From positions 22,796 to 86,795 of the forward strand of contig CADEDH010000009.1 of the NCBI GenBank assembly GCA_902826025.1: a stretch of 64,000 nt of DNA, given 5' to 3'. The stretch comes from an uncultured Actinomycetes bacterium (GTDB lineage: Bacteria > Actinomycetota > Acidimicrobiia > Acidimicrobiales > SZUA-35). Below, in pieces: positions 34,491 to 42,828 of this stretch. Made by a program: the position numbers and the translations under genes. The notes beneath the pieces are model-generated. The model was not told where the DNA came from and made no database searches. It saw nothing but the letters and a program-made list of their open reading frames with translations. How positions within the stretch are numbered: the first letter of the stretch is position 1; each line of letters opens with the position of its first letter.

Positions 34491-36857
34491 ATGGTTGCTC
34501 GGAAGCTGTCGTTTCGGTCGAAGCTCCTCGGCATCACGGCGTTGCCGTTGGCGCTCATCGGCTACCTGTCGGTCAGCGACGTTCGGGACGCGCTGTCGAC
34601 ACGCCGGGCTGCTGCCCACCAGCTGGAGGAGCTCGACCGTCAGGCCGCGGTGTCGGACCTGGCCGATGCGATCGGCAACGAGCGCAGCGCCCTGTTCGAT
34701 CCAACGGCGACCGACGACGCCCTGGCCGCCGAGCGGGCCGAGGTCGATGGGGCGATCAACCGCCTCCGATCCCCCGACGTGGCTCTCGGGGCCGACTCCC
34801 TGGACAAGGCCGAGCGGGTGTACAGCCAGGTCATCGACCTGCGGTCGCGGATCGGCGACAGCGCGGCCAGCATCCAGACCACCATCTCCACCCGGGACGA
34901 TCCGGCCCGGCTCGAAGCCATAGACCTGTTCTCACGCCTCCCCCAGCAGCTGCTCAGCATCGGTGACTACGACATCAGCGACCGCGGGACGCTGGCCAAC
35001 CTGACCACCACGGTGCTGCTGGAGCGAGCCCGCGAATCGCTGGCGCTGGAAGGCGCTGCCCTCCAGCAGGCGCTGGCCGAGGGGGCCCCGTCCCAGGCGA
35101 CGCTGGAAACCGTCGGCGCCCGGATCGGCTCCTCCGACGAGGCCGTCAACGTCGCGCTGGATCTCGGTGTGCCATCAACCGGCCAGGAGATCGCGGCCTA
35201 CCTCGACAGCCCGGCCTGGGCCGAGTACCAGGTGCTCCGGGACCGGTTCACCCGGCTGCTGATCGGTCAGCACGTGCGGCTGGATCCGGCCGCCGTGCTC
35301 AGCCAGCGGGCCGCCGTCGCCGCCGAGCTCGAGTCGCACGAGACGGAGCTGCGGGCCGCGATGCAACGCGACACGGTGGCCATCGACAGCCAGGCGTCGC
35401 AGGACCTGGTACTGGCCGTCGTGATCAGCCTCGGGGTGCTGGCGTTGCTCGCCGGCTTCCTGTTCCTCCTGGCCCGCTCGATCCGGACCTCGCTCGGACG
35501 GGTCGAGCACCGGGCCACCAACATCGCCACCGTGGAGCTCCCGTCGATCGTGGCCATGATGCGGACCCAGGGCGATCTGGCCGAGGTGCCGACGATCGAG
35601 GAGATCCCGGTGGAGACCGGGGACGAGATCGGGCGGTTGTCGGCCGCGTTCAACGAGCTGCACCGCACCGCCGTGCGGCTGGCCAGCGAGCAGGCGATGT
35701 CGCGTGCGGTCGTGGCCCACATGTTCGTGAACCTCGGTCGCCGCAACCAGAAGCTGCTGATGCGGATGCTGCAATCGCTCGACGAGCTGGAGCAGCACGA
35801 GTCGGACCCCGATCGGCTGGCGCAGATCTACAACATCGACCACCTCGCCACCCGGATGCGTCGCAACGCCGAGTCGTTGCTGATCCTGGCCGACGCCGAT
35901 GTGGCCCGACGCTTCACCGGCCCGGTGCTGGTGTCGGAGTTGCTGCGCTCGACCATGTCCGAGGTGGAGGAGTTCGACCGGATCCGGCTCAACGTCATGG
36001 ACGACGCCGAGATCATGGGCGACGCCGCCGCCGACCTGGCCCATCTCCTGTCGGAGCTCACGGAGAACGCGGCCCGGTTCTCTCCGCCCAGCGAACCGAT
36101 CGAGATCATCGCCCGCTACACCCGGATGGGCTACATCCTGGCCGTGGTCGACAGCGGGCTGGGCCTGACCGACGACGAGATCGCCGAAGCCAACGCCCGG
36201 ATCGCAGCGGCCGCCACCTCAGCCGAGACGCCCTCGCGAAATCTGGGCCTCTTCGTCGTCGGGAAGCTGGCCGGGAAGTACGGCATGGAAGTCGAGATCT
36301 TCGATCGGGTCCCGGCCGGACTCACCGTGCGGGTCCGGATACCCCGGGCGTTGATCGTGTCTCCCATGCCCGAGGGGGTCATCGACGCCGGCCCCCGTTC
36401 CATCGCCCCACCGGTCGAGCCGCGATCGGGGCGCATTCCCGACGATGCGCCGGCGGTGGTGGCCGCCGGATTCGGAGCCCCCCCGTCGGTATGGACCGGG
36501 TCGGCCCGCACGCCGTCCGACGGCCCGAGCCGGTCGAACATCCCTCCTTCGCTACCGTCGAGACCCGGCCCGTCGGTCCCTCCCCTGGAGGTCCCACCGG
36601 TGCCGGCGATGGCTGCGGCCACGCCGGCACCGCCCGGCCCGGCGACCGGAACCGATCTCGTACCCCTGTTCGGCACGGGCCGGCGGGTGGCCGGGGCGAA
36701 CCTGCCCGACGTCGTCGACCGGGAACGCTCGCCCGAACTCGACGACAGCGCCGCCTTCCACCGATCGGCGGAGTCGGTCCGGGCCGATCTCGGAGCCCTC
36801 CAGCGGGGGCTCTCCACCCCACCGACTCCTGCCGCCCATCCGGGAAGCGGGCAGTGA
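34491..36857 (+). CDS. cvnA: Conservon sensor kinase-like protein (CvnA-like): TM, nitrate/nitrite-sensing (NIT)-type helical domain, HAMP and HATPase_c
   Basis: ATG 34491 gives MVARKLSFRSKLLGITALPLALIGYL. A long helical extracytoplasmic region is followed by a second TM helix (LVLAVVISLGVLALLAGFLFLL), a HAMP-like GDEIGRLSAAFNEL, and the ATPase blocks LSELTENAARFSP and DSGLGLTDDE. The C-terminus is Pro-rich. Confidence 0.85.
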   Translation: MVARKLSFRSKLLGITALPLALIGYLSVSDVRDALSTRRAAAHQLEELDRQAAVSDLADAIGNERSALFDPTATDDALAAERAEVDGAINRLRSPDVALGADSLDKAERVYSQVIDLRSRIGDSAASIQTTISTRDDPARLEAIDLFSRLPQQLLSIGDYDISDRGTLANLTTTVLLERARESLALEGAALQQALAEGAPSQATLETVGARIGSSDEAVNVALDLGVPSTGQEIAAYLDSPAWAEYQVLRDRFTRLLIGQHVRLDPAAVLSQRAAVAAELESHETELRAAMQRDTVAIDSQASQDLVLAVVISLGVLALLAGFLFLLARSIRTSLGRVEHRATNIATVELPSIVAMMRTQGDLAEVPTIEEIPVETGDEIGRLSAAFNELHRTAVRLASEQAMSRAVVAHMFVNLGRRNQKLLMRMLQSLDELEQHESDPDRLAQIYNIDHLATRMRRNAESLLILADADVARRFTGPVLVSELLRSTMSEVEEFDRIRLNVMDDAEIMGDAAADLAHLLSELTENAARFSPPSEPIEIIARYTRMGYILAVVDSGLGLTDDEIAEANARIAAAATSAETPSRNLGLFVVGKLAGKYGMEVEIFDRVPAGLTVRVRIPRALIVSPMPEGVIDAGPRSIAPPVEPRSGRIPDDAPAVVAAGFGAPPSVWTGSARTPSDGPSRSNIPPSLPSRPGPSVPPLEVPPVPAMAAATPAPPGPATGTDLVPLFGTGRRVAGANLPDVVDRERSPELDDSAAFHRSAESVRADLGALQRGLSTPPTPAAHPGSGQ

Positions 36858-37270
36858 TGGACGGCTACGAGGTGCGCCTGAGCTGGCTGTTGGATCGCTT
36901 CGAGGAGGAGACGCCCGGCGTCCGGTCGGTTCAGACGGTGTCGGCCGACGGGATACACCTGATCTCCTCGAAAGGGATGGACCGGACGTCGGCCGACACG
37001 TTCGCCGCCATCACCTCCGGGTTGACGAGTCTGTGCGAGAGCGCCGCCGAGGTCTTCGACCTGTCGCCCTTCGTTCGCCAGATCATCGAGACCGGAACCG
37101 GCTGGATCCTGCTGTCCCGTATCTCGGCCCGGGCCAGCCTGGCGGTGATCGCCGAGGCCGGTGCCGATCTGGGGTTGATCGGCTACGAGATGATGGTGCT
37201 GATCGAGCAGGCAGCGGAGCTCCTCTCCCCTGACGTCATCGACTCGATCAAGAATCCGCTGGATGCGTGA
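36857..37270 (+). CDS. cvnB: Roadblock/LC7 (MglB-like) protein, CvnB-like
   Basis: The ATG overlaps the cvnA stop (TGATG). LLDRFEEETPGVRSVQTVSADGIHLISS...AAITSGLTSL follows the typical Robl/LC7 pattern. Confidence 0.85.
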   Translation: MDGYEVRLSWLLDRFEEETPGVRSVQTVSADGIHLISSKGMDRTSADTFAAITSGLTSLCESAAEVFDLSPFVRQIIETGTGWILLSRISARASLAVIAEAGADLGLIGYEMMVLIEQAAELLSPDVIDSIKNPLDA

Positions 37271-37644
37271 TGGTCGGCGGTGAGCGGTTCCAGGACGAGC
37301 CGGTGGTGGGCGACGAGATCGTCCGCAGCTTCATGTACACCGAAGGTCGCACCCGGGCCCAGGGGGCCGCCGCCGAACTACCGCTCGAAGCGCTCGTCTC
37401 GTTGACCCCCGATGGCGAACGGAAGCTCGGCGATCTGCGATTCGAGCGGCGGTTCATCGCCCAGTACCTCGACGGGCCGCACTCGGTGGCCGAGATCGCA
37501 GCGGAGTTGAAGATCCCGCTTCGGGCCGCCGTGGTCATCACCAGTGAGATGGTGGCCGAGGGCCTCCTGGCCTCCGAGGATGTTGTCGCCGAGGTCGATC
37601 TCTCCCTCCTCCACCGGATCAGGAAGGCGATCTCGGCGCTATGA
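37270..37644 (+). CDS. cvnC: DUF742 protein, CvnC-like
   Basis: VRSFMYTEGRTRA...HSVAEIAAELKIPLRAAVVITSEMVAEGLL is the characteristic DUF742 pattern with a C-terminal HTH-like part. The start is ATG 37270 or GTG 37267. Confidence 0.85.
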   Translation: MVGGERFQDEPVVGDEIVRSFMYTEGRTRAQGAAAELPLEALVSLTPDGERKLGDLRFERRFIAQYLDGPHSVAEIAAELKIPLRAAVVITSEMVAEGLLASEDVVAEVDLSLLHRIRKAISAL

Positions 37645-38300
37645 CCAACAGCCCTGAGGCACCCGCCAACACCAGGCCGCGCTCGGCCAAGATCGTGATC
37701 GCCGGCGGATTCGGAGTGGGAAAGACGACCTTCGTCGGCGCTGTCTCCGAGATACCGCCGCTGCGGACCGAGGAGACCATGACGATGGCGGCCCGGGGGG
37801 CCGACGACGGGGCAGCCGTACCGTCCAAGACCACAACGACCGTAGCCATGGACTTCGGGCGGATAACCGTCCCCGACGAGCTCATCCTCTACCTGTTCGG
37901 CACCCCCGGACAGACCCGTTTCGCCTTCATGTGGGACCAGATCTCCACCGGGGCCATCGGCGCCGTGGTCCTCGTCGACGTGCGGCGGGTGGCCGACTCG
38001 TTCGGAGCGATCGACTACTTCGAGGATCGCAAGATCCCCTTCATCGTCGCCGTGAACTGGTTCCCCGACGCCCCCCGCGTCACCCTCGACCAGGTTCGCG
38101 ATGTGCTCGCGCTCGATCCGGCTGTACCGATCGTCGACACCGACGCCCTCCGCAAGGAGCGCGTCCAATCGGCCCTCATCGCCCTCATCGACCACCTGAT
38201 GCGGCTGATCAGCCGCCGCCGAAGAGAATCGGCGGCGGAGCGGGAGGCCGAACCGGTGGAGGCCGGGACCGGCCCGGCTCCGGAGGGCAGCAGCCGATGA
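37641..38300 (+). CDS. cvnD: Small Ras/MglA-like GTPase (ATP/GTP-binding protein), CvnD-like
   Basis: ATGA overlap with cvnC. The P-loop is GGFGVGKTTF, switch II is LFGTPGQ, and an AVNWF-type G4-like block is present. Confidence 0.88.
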   Translation: MTNSPEAPANTRPRSAKIVIAGGFGVGKTTFVGAVSEIPPLRTEETMTMAARGADDGAAVPSKTTTTVAMDFGRITVPDELILYLFGTPGQTRFAFMWDQISTGAIGAVVLVDVRRVADSFGAIDYFEDRKIPFIVAVNWFPDAPRVTLDQVRDVLALDPAVPIVDTDALRKERVQSALIALIDHLMRLISRRRRESAAEREAEPVEAGTGPAPEGSSR

Positions 38301-39376
38301 GCCGGGCCCGGTGTGCCCTGACGGCTCTGGTTGCGGCGATGGCTCTCGCCGCCCCGGCCTGCAGCAGTGGTGGCGACGCCGACACCGAACGCGACAGGGA
38401 GCCTTCGGCAACGCCCGTGGGCATCGACGCGACCTCGGCGGCGACGGCATCCACGGTCGAGACGACCGAGCAACTCCCCATGGCGGTGGTCGGCCTGTCC
38501 GTGCTCGCCCCGGTGCCCGCCCTCGAACTGGCGGCGTCGGGGTTCAAGGATTCGGCAGCCGCCTGCGACACCGTCGCCATCGAGGTCGTCGAGCGCAACG
38601 CCCGAGGGGATATCCCGGAGCTGACAGCCATCGCCGACGGCTTTCTCCAAACCGAGGTCGATCTGATCGCCACCGTGAGCACACCGGCGGCACAGGCCGC
38701 CCGCCAGGTGGTGTCGGCTGCTGGTGCCACCACGCCGGTCGTGTTCTCCTCGGTCACCGACCCCGTCGCCGCCGGCCTGATCGAGGGACCGGCCGTTCAC
38801 GATCCGTGGATCACCGGGAGCCAGAGCCTCCCACCCCTGGCCCAGGTGGTCGATGCCGCCCAGGAGATCGTGCCCGGCCTCGACGTGCTCGGTGTCGTCC
38901 ACAATCCGAACGAGGCGAACTCGAAGGCGGTTGTCACGGCACTGGGCACGATCGCAGCCGAGCGGGGGCTCGTCCTCGACGTGGCCTCGGCCGTCGATGC
39001 CGGCGAGGTGGGCGAAGCAGCACAGGGGCTGGTGGATCGGGGGATCGACGCCATCGTGGTGCCGCCCGATACCACCGTCGTGTCGGGGATGGAGGCGTTG
39101 GCCCAGGTGGCCGACACCAGCAATCTGCTCGTGATCGGCACCGACGCCAACATCGCCCGCAGCGGGGCGGCGATCGGCCTGGGGGCCGACTACTACGGCA
39201 GCGGATTCCGGGCCGGCGGGATCGCCTGCCGGGTGCTGGGCGGCGAGGCCACTCCGGCCGACTTCGACGTCATCAACATCGGATCGGTGGGCTTGACGGT
39301 GAACCAGACGGCGGTGGCGGCCCAGGGCGTCACCATTCCCCAGCATCTGCTCGAGCTGGCCGAGATCATCGACTGA
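38297..39376 (+). CDS. ABC_sub_bind (PF04392-like) solute-binding lipoprotein, orphan (no permease or ATPase nearby)
   Basis: ATGA overlap with the cvnD stop. The signal is lipoprotein-like (LVAAMALAAPACSSGG). The body is collinear with the PF04392 pattern: DLIATVSTPAAQAA, PVVFSSVTDPVAAGL, VLGVVHNPNEANS, DAIVVPPDTTVVSGM and GADYYGSGFRAG. Confidence 0.82.
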   Translation: MSRARCALTALVAAMALAAPACSSGGDADTERDREPSATPVGIDATSAATASTVETTEQLPMAVVGLSVLAPVPALELAASGFKDSAAACDTVAIEVVERNARGDIPELTAIADGFLQTEVDLIATVSTPAAQAARQVVSAAGATTPVVFSSVTDPVAAGLIEGPAVHDPWITGSQSLPPLAQVVDAAQEIVPGLDVLGVVHNPNEANSKAVVTALGTIAAERGLVLDVASAVDAGEVGEAAQGLVDRGIDAIVVPPDTTVVSGMEALAQVADTSNLLVIGTDANIARSGAAIGLGADYYGSGFRAGGIACRVLGGEATPADFDVINIGSVGLTVNQTAVAAQGVTIPQHLLELAEIID

Positions 39377-39387
39377 GCGAAGGTGGT

Positions 39388-40914
39388 CTATTCCCCACCC
39401 GAAGCTCGACCATCCAGCCCACCGGACGCGGAGCGAATCAGGGTCGGCTGCAGGGGTGGTCCGTCCACGGGACAGTAGCTACGCCGCGCCGACGGGAGCA
39501 CCCGGGTCCTCGGGGCGAGCCCGATGAAAGCGATCGGAGACGCCACTGCGGCGCAGACAGCGGCGATGACAAGGCCGGTACGGTGAGCATCGGTGACCGG
39601 GTCGGGGCCAGTGGCCGTGGTCAGTCCAGCGACGACAGGGATGACGGCCAGTGAGGTGAGGCTGGCCGTGCGGGCCACTGCATTGTTGACGCCGGAGGCG
39701 ACACTGACATGGTTGGCGTCGACGGCCCCCATGACGGTGGCGGTCAACGGCGCCACGAAGGTGACCAGGCCGAGGCCGAGGAGAACGGCGCCGGGCAGCA
39801 CGTCGCTGATCCACGATGGGTCGCTGCCGACGCGGCTGAGAGCCACCAGACCAGCGGCGAGGACCAGCGGACCGACAGTGAGCTGCGCTCGGGGCCCGAT
39901 CCGTTGGGCGAGAGCACCGGATCGAGCCGAGCCGAGGAGCATGATGGCGGTCGACGGCAGCAGAGCGCTGCCGGACCGGAGCGCTGACCAGCCCGCAGCG
40001 ACCTGGAGTTGATAGGTGACCAGGAAGAACGCCACCCCGATAGCGGCATAGAGGGCGAAGGTGGCCAGGTTGGTGGTGGTGAAGGCCCGGCTGGCGAACA
40101 GTCGGGGAGGCACGAGCGGCGTCGATGAACGGCGGATGTGAGCCACGAACACCCCGACGCCGGCCACGCCGACGATCGCCGCGGTGACCACGACAGGGCG
40201 GTACCAGCCCTGCGGTCCAGCCTCGGTGAGGGCCAGCGTAATTGCCGCCAGGGTGACGACGGCGATCGCTGCGCCGGTCAGGTCGAGGTGGGCTGATCGC
40301 TCGCCGCGGGTCTCGGGAATCACCTTCGAGCAGGCGACCACGATGGCGGCGACGGGAAGATTGATCAGAAACGCCCACCGCCAGCCGGGTCCGTCGACGA
40401 GCCAACCGCCCAGGAACGGGCCGATCGCTCCGGCGACGCCGCCGAGAGCCGACCACGCGCCGACGGTTCGAGCGCGGTCGTCCTCGGCGAAGCTCGCCTG
40501 CAGGATGGCGAGGCTTCCTGGGGTGAGGAGCGCCGCCCCCACTCCCTGCAGGACGCGGGCCGCGACCAGAACCTCGACGTGCTGGGCGGCGGCGCACAGG
40601 ACCGACGCCGCTGCGAACCAGACGGTTCCCACCAGGAAGATCCGTCGGCGCCCGTAGCGGTCGCCGAGAGCGCCGCCCAGCAGGATGAGGGAGGCCAGCG
40701 TCACGAGGTAACCGGTGAGGACCAGTTGCAGCGCCGACACGTCGACACCGAGATCGGCGCCGATGTGGGGCAGCGCGACGTTGACGACGGTGGCATCGAG
40801 CTGACTCATGCCGCTGGCGGCAACGGTGGCCACGAGAGCGAGACGACCGCGACGCGAAGCGAACCGCAGGTCGACGGGGACGGCCGCTCCGCCGTCCGAA
40901 TCCCCCTGTCTCAT
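39388..40914 (-). CDS. MFS transporter, DHA2 (14-TMS EmrB/QacA-like) drug:H+ antiporter family
   Basis: ORF of 508 aa. MSQLDATVVNVALPHIG, LGGALGDRYGRRRIF and many TM helices. Confidence 0.88.
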   Translation of the reverse strand: MRQGDSDGGAAVPVDLRFASRRGRLALVATVAASGMSQLDATVVNVALPHIGADLGVDVSALQLVLTGYLVTLASLILLGGALGDRYGRRRIFLVGTVWFAAASVLCAAAQHVEVLVAARVLQGVGAALLTPGSLAILQASFAEDDRARTVGAWSALGGVAGAIGPFLGGWLVDGPGWRWAFLINLPVAAIVVACSKVIPETRGERSAHLDLTGAAIAVVTLAAITLALTEAGPQGWYRPVVVTAAIVGVAGVGVFVAHIRRSSTPLVPPRLFASRAFTTTNLATFALYAAIGVAFFLVTYQLQVAAGWSALRSGSALLPSTAIMLLGSARSGALAQRIGPRAQLTVGPLVLAAGLVALSRVGSDPSWISDVLPGAVLLGLGLVTFVAPLTATVMGAVDANHVSVASGVNNAVARTASLTSLAVIPVVAGLTTATGPDPVTDAHRTGLVIAAVCAAVASPIAFIGLAPRTRVLPSARRSYCPVDGPPLQPTLIRSASGGLDGRASGGE

Positions 40915-41002
40915 CTCGTCTGCCCTCCCGGCCGCCAGGTGCGACCAGGAGAGTCCCCAGCCGGCGAGCGGTTGAATCCACCGCCCAGCTGGCCGGCTGC
41001 CC

Positions 41003-42658
41003 CTAACGGGTCAGCCAGCCATGAGCTTGGGGCTTGCGGCCGGCGGCGGGGTTGAGCTTGACGTGGACGATGGCCGGGCCGTCGAGGGCGGCGGCGGCAT
41101 CGAGGGCGGCCCGCAGGTCGGCCGGATCGTCGACATAGAAGGCGCCGGCCCCGAAGGCCTCGGCGATCTTCTCGTAGCGGGCCGTTGGCAGGTAGGCGTT
41201 GGGCGGGGGTGGTCCGTCGGCCGGCAGCTCGGCCGGGCCGCCGCCGATGCCGTTGTTGTTGAGGATCACGACGATGACCGGCAGGTTGTAGCGGCAGATC
41301 GTCTCCATCTCCATGCCGCTGAACCCGAAGGCCGAGTCGCCCTGCACCGACACCACACGCTGGCCCGGGTTGCACACCGCGGCGGCCACGGCGAACCCCA
41401 GGCCGATACCCATCGTGCCGTAGCTGCCGGCGTCGAGCCGGCGGCGGGGCTTCAGGTTGGCCATCTGGGTGCGCCCGATGTCCATCGTGTTGGCCCCCTC
41501 CCCGATGATGAAGTCGTCCGGGGTGAGCCACTCGGTGATGTCACGAAAGGCCCGGTAGTAGTTCATGGGGGCCGACTCGTCGGCCCGCTGGCCGGCCACC
41601 GCCGCCTCGTTGGCTGCGATCTTCTCGGCGATCGACACCCGCCACGGGGTCTCGGGGTCGAAGCTCCACGGGTCGTCGGCCAGCTCGGCGTTGAACTGGC
41701 CCATGATGGCCCGGCCGTCGCCCACCAGGCCCACCTCGGCCGGCACGTTGTGGCCGATCTGCTCGGGCGACACGTCGAGCTGGATCACCCGCACGTTCGG
41801 GTTGAAGCGGGGCGGCTTGCCGAAGTGCATGATCCAGTTGAGCCGGGCCCCGGCCAACAAGATCACATCGGCCTGCTCCAGGGCGTGCGAACGGGCGGCC
41901 CCCACCGACAGGGGATGGTCGTCGGGCACCACACCCTTGCCCATGGGCGAGGCCAGGAACGGGAGCTGGGTGCGGTCGATGAACTGGCGCATCTCGTCTT
42001 CGGCCCGCGACCAGGCCATGCCTTTGCCCACGATCACCAGGGGCCGCTCGGCCGACTTGAGGGCGCTGATGGCCTGGCGCACCGACTCCGGCTCGGCGTG
42101 GGTGCGGGGCGGGTCGCCCACCGTGGGGGCGATCGGCACCAGGTCCTCCTCGATGCGGCCGTCGATCACGTCGGCCGGCATGTCGAGATACACCGGGCCC
42201 GGCCGGCCGTACAGCGAGGTGCGGATGGCCTGCTCGACGTAATACGGGATCTTGTCCAGCGTCTCCACCCGGTGGGCGTACTTCGACCAGAGCTTGGCCG
42301 CCCCCACCTGGTCCTCCTCCTGGAAGGCGCCCATGCCGTTCTGGTCGGTGGGCGAGGCCCCGCCGATCAGGATCATGGGCCACAGGTTCTCCTTGGCGTT
42401 GGCCAGACCGGCCAGGGCGTGGATCACGCCGGGGCCCGACACCACCAGGCAACCCTGGGGCCGGCCCGTCATGTAGCCGGCGGCCTGGGCGGCGTAGGAC
42501 GCCGACTGCTCGTTGCGCATCCCGATGTAGGTGATGCCCTCGCGCTGCATGGCCATGGCGATCGGCACCACGGGGAACCCCACGATGCCGAACACGTACT
42601 CCACGCCCTGCTGACGCAGGTTGCGGGCGAGGAGCCGGGCTCCGGAGATGTCGGCCAT
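41003..42658 (-). CDS. oxc: ThDP-dependent oxalyl-CoA decarboxylase / 2-hydroxyacyl-CoA lyase family enzyme
   Basis: The 551-aa product is collinear, from memory, with E. coli and Oxalobacter Oxc. Matching blocks are VFGIVGFPVV, MRNEQSASYAAQAAGY, GANTMDIGR...KPRRRLDAGSYGTMGIGLG and GDSAFGFSGMEMETICRYNLPV..NNNGI. This inspection cannot separate decarboxylase from lyase. Confidence 0.8.
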   Translation of the reverse strand: MADISGARLLARNLRQQGVEYVFGIVGFPVVPIAMAMQREGITYIGMRNEQSASYAAQAAGYMTGRPQGCLVVSGPGVIHALAGLANAKENLWPMILIGGASPTDQNGMGAFQEEDQVGAAKLWSKYAHRVETLDKIPYYVEQAIRTSLYGRPGPVYLDMPADVIDGRIEEDLVPIAPTVGDPPRTHAEPESVRQAISALKSAERPLVIVGKGMAWSRAEDEMRQFIDRTQLPFLASPMGKGVVPDDHPLSVGAARSHALEQADVILLAGARLNWIMHFGKPPRFNPNVRVIQLDVSPEQIGHNVPAEVGLVGDGRAIMGQFNAELADDPWSFDPETPWRVSIAEKIAANEAAVAGQRADESAPMNYYRAFRDITEWLTPDDFIIGEGANTMDIGRTQMANLKPRRRLDAGSYGTMGIGLGFAVAAAVCNPGQRVVSVQGDSAFGFSGMEMETICRYNLPVIVVILNNNGIGGGPAELPADGPPPPNAYLPTARYEKIAEAFGAGAFYVDDPADLRAALDAAAALDGPAIVHVKLNPAAGRKPQAHGWLTR

Positions 42659-42828
42659 AGTCGATCGTCCTTCGTTCCGCCGACCGGACGGTCGACCCCC
42701 ATCACGTGGCCCGGATCTTAGAACCGCCTCGACGCCAGCGCCCGTTGCCGTTCGGGCGACGCTTGACAGACCCGGGTGGGCGGGCCACCGTGGCGCTAGG
42801 GGGAGACCAGGCAGGCAAGGGGGACGTT

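Noticed and set aside
42763-42768. A perfect TTGACA hexamer upstream of the CoA-transferase gene, considered as a -35 promoter element.
   Set aside because: I saw no acceptable -10 (TANNNT) hexamer at 16-19 nt spacing. A single hexamer is not sufficient evidence.
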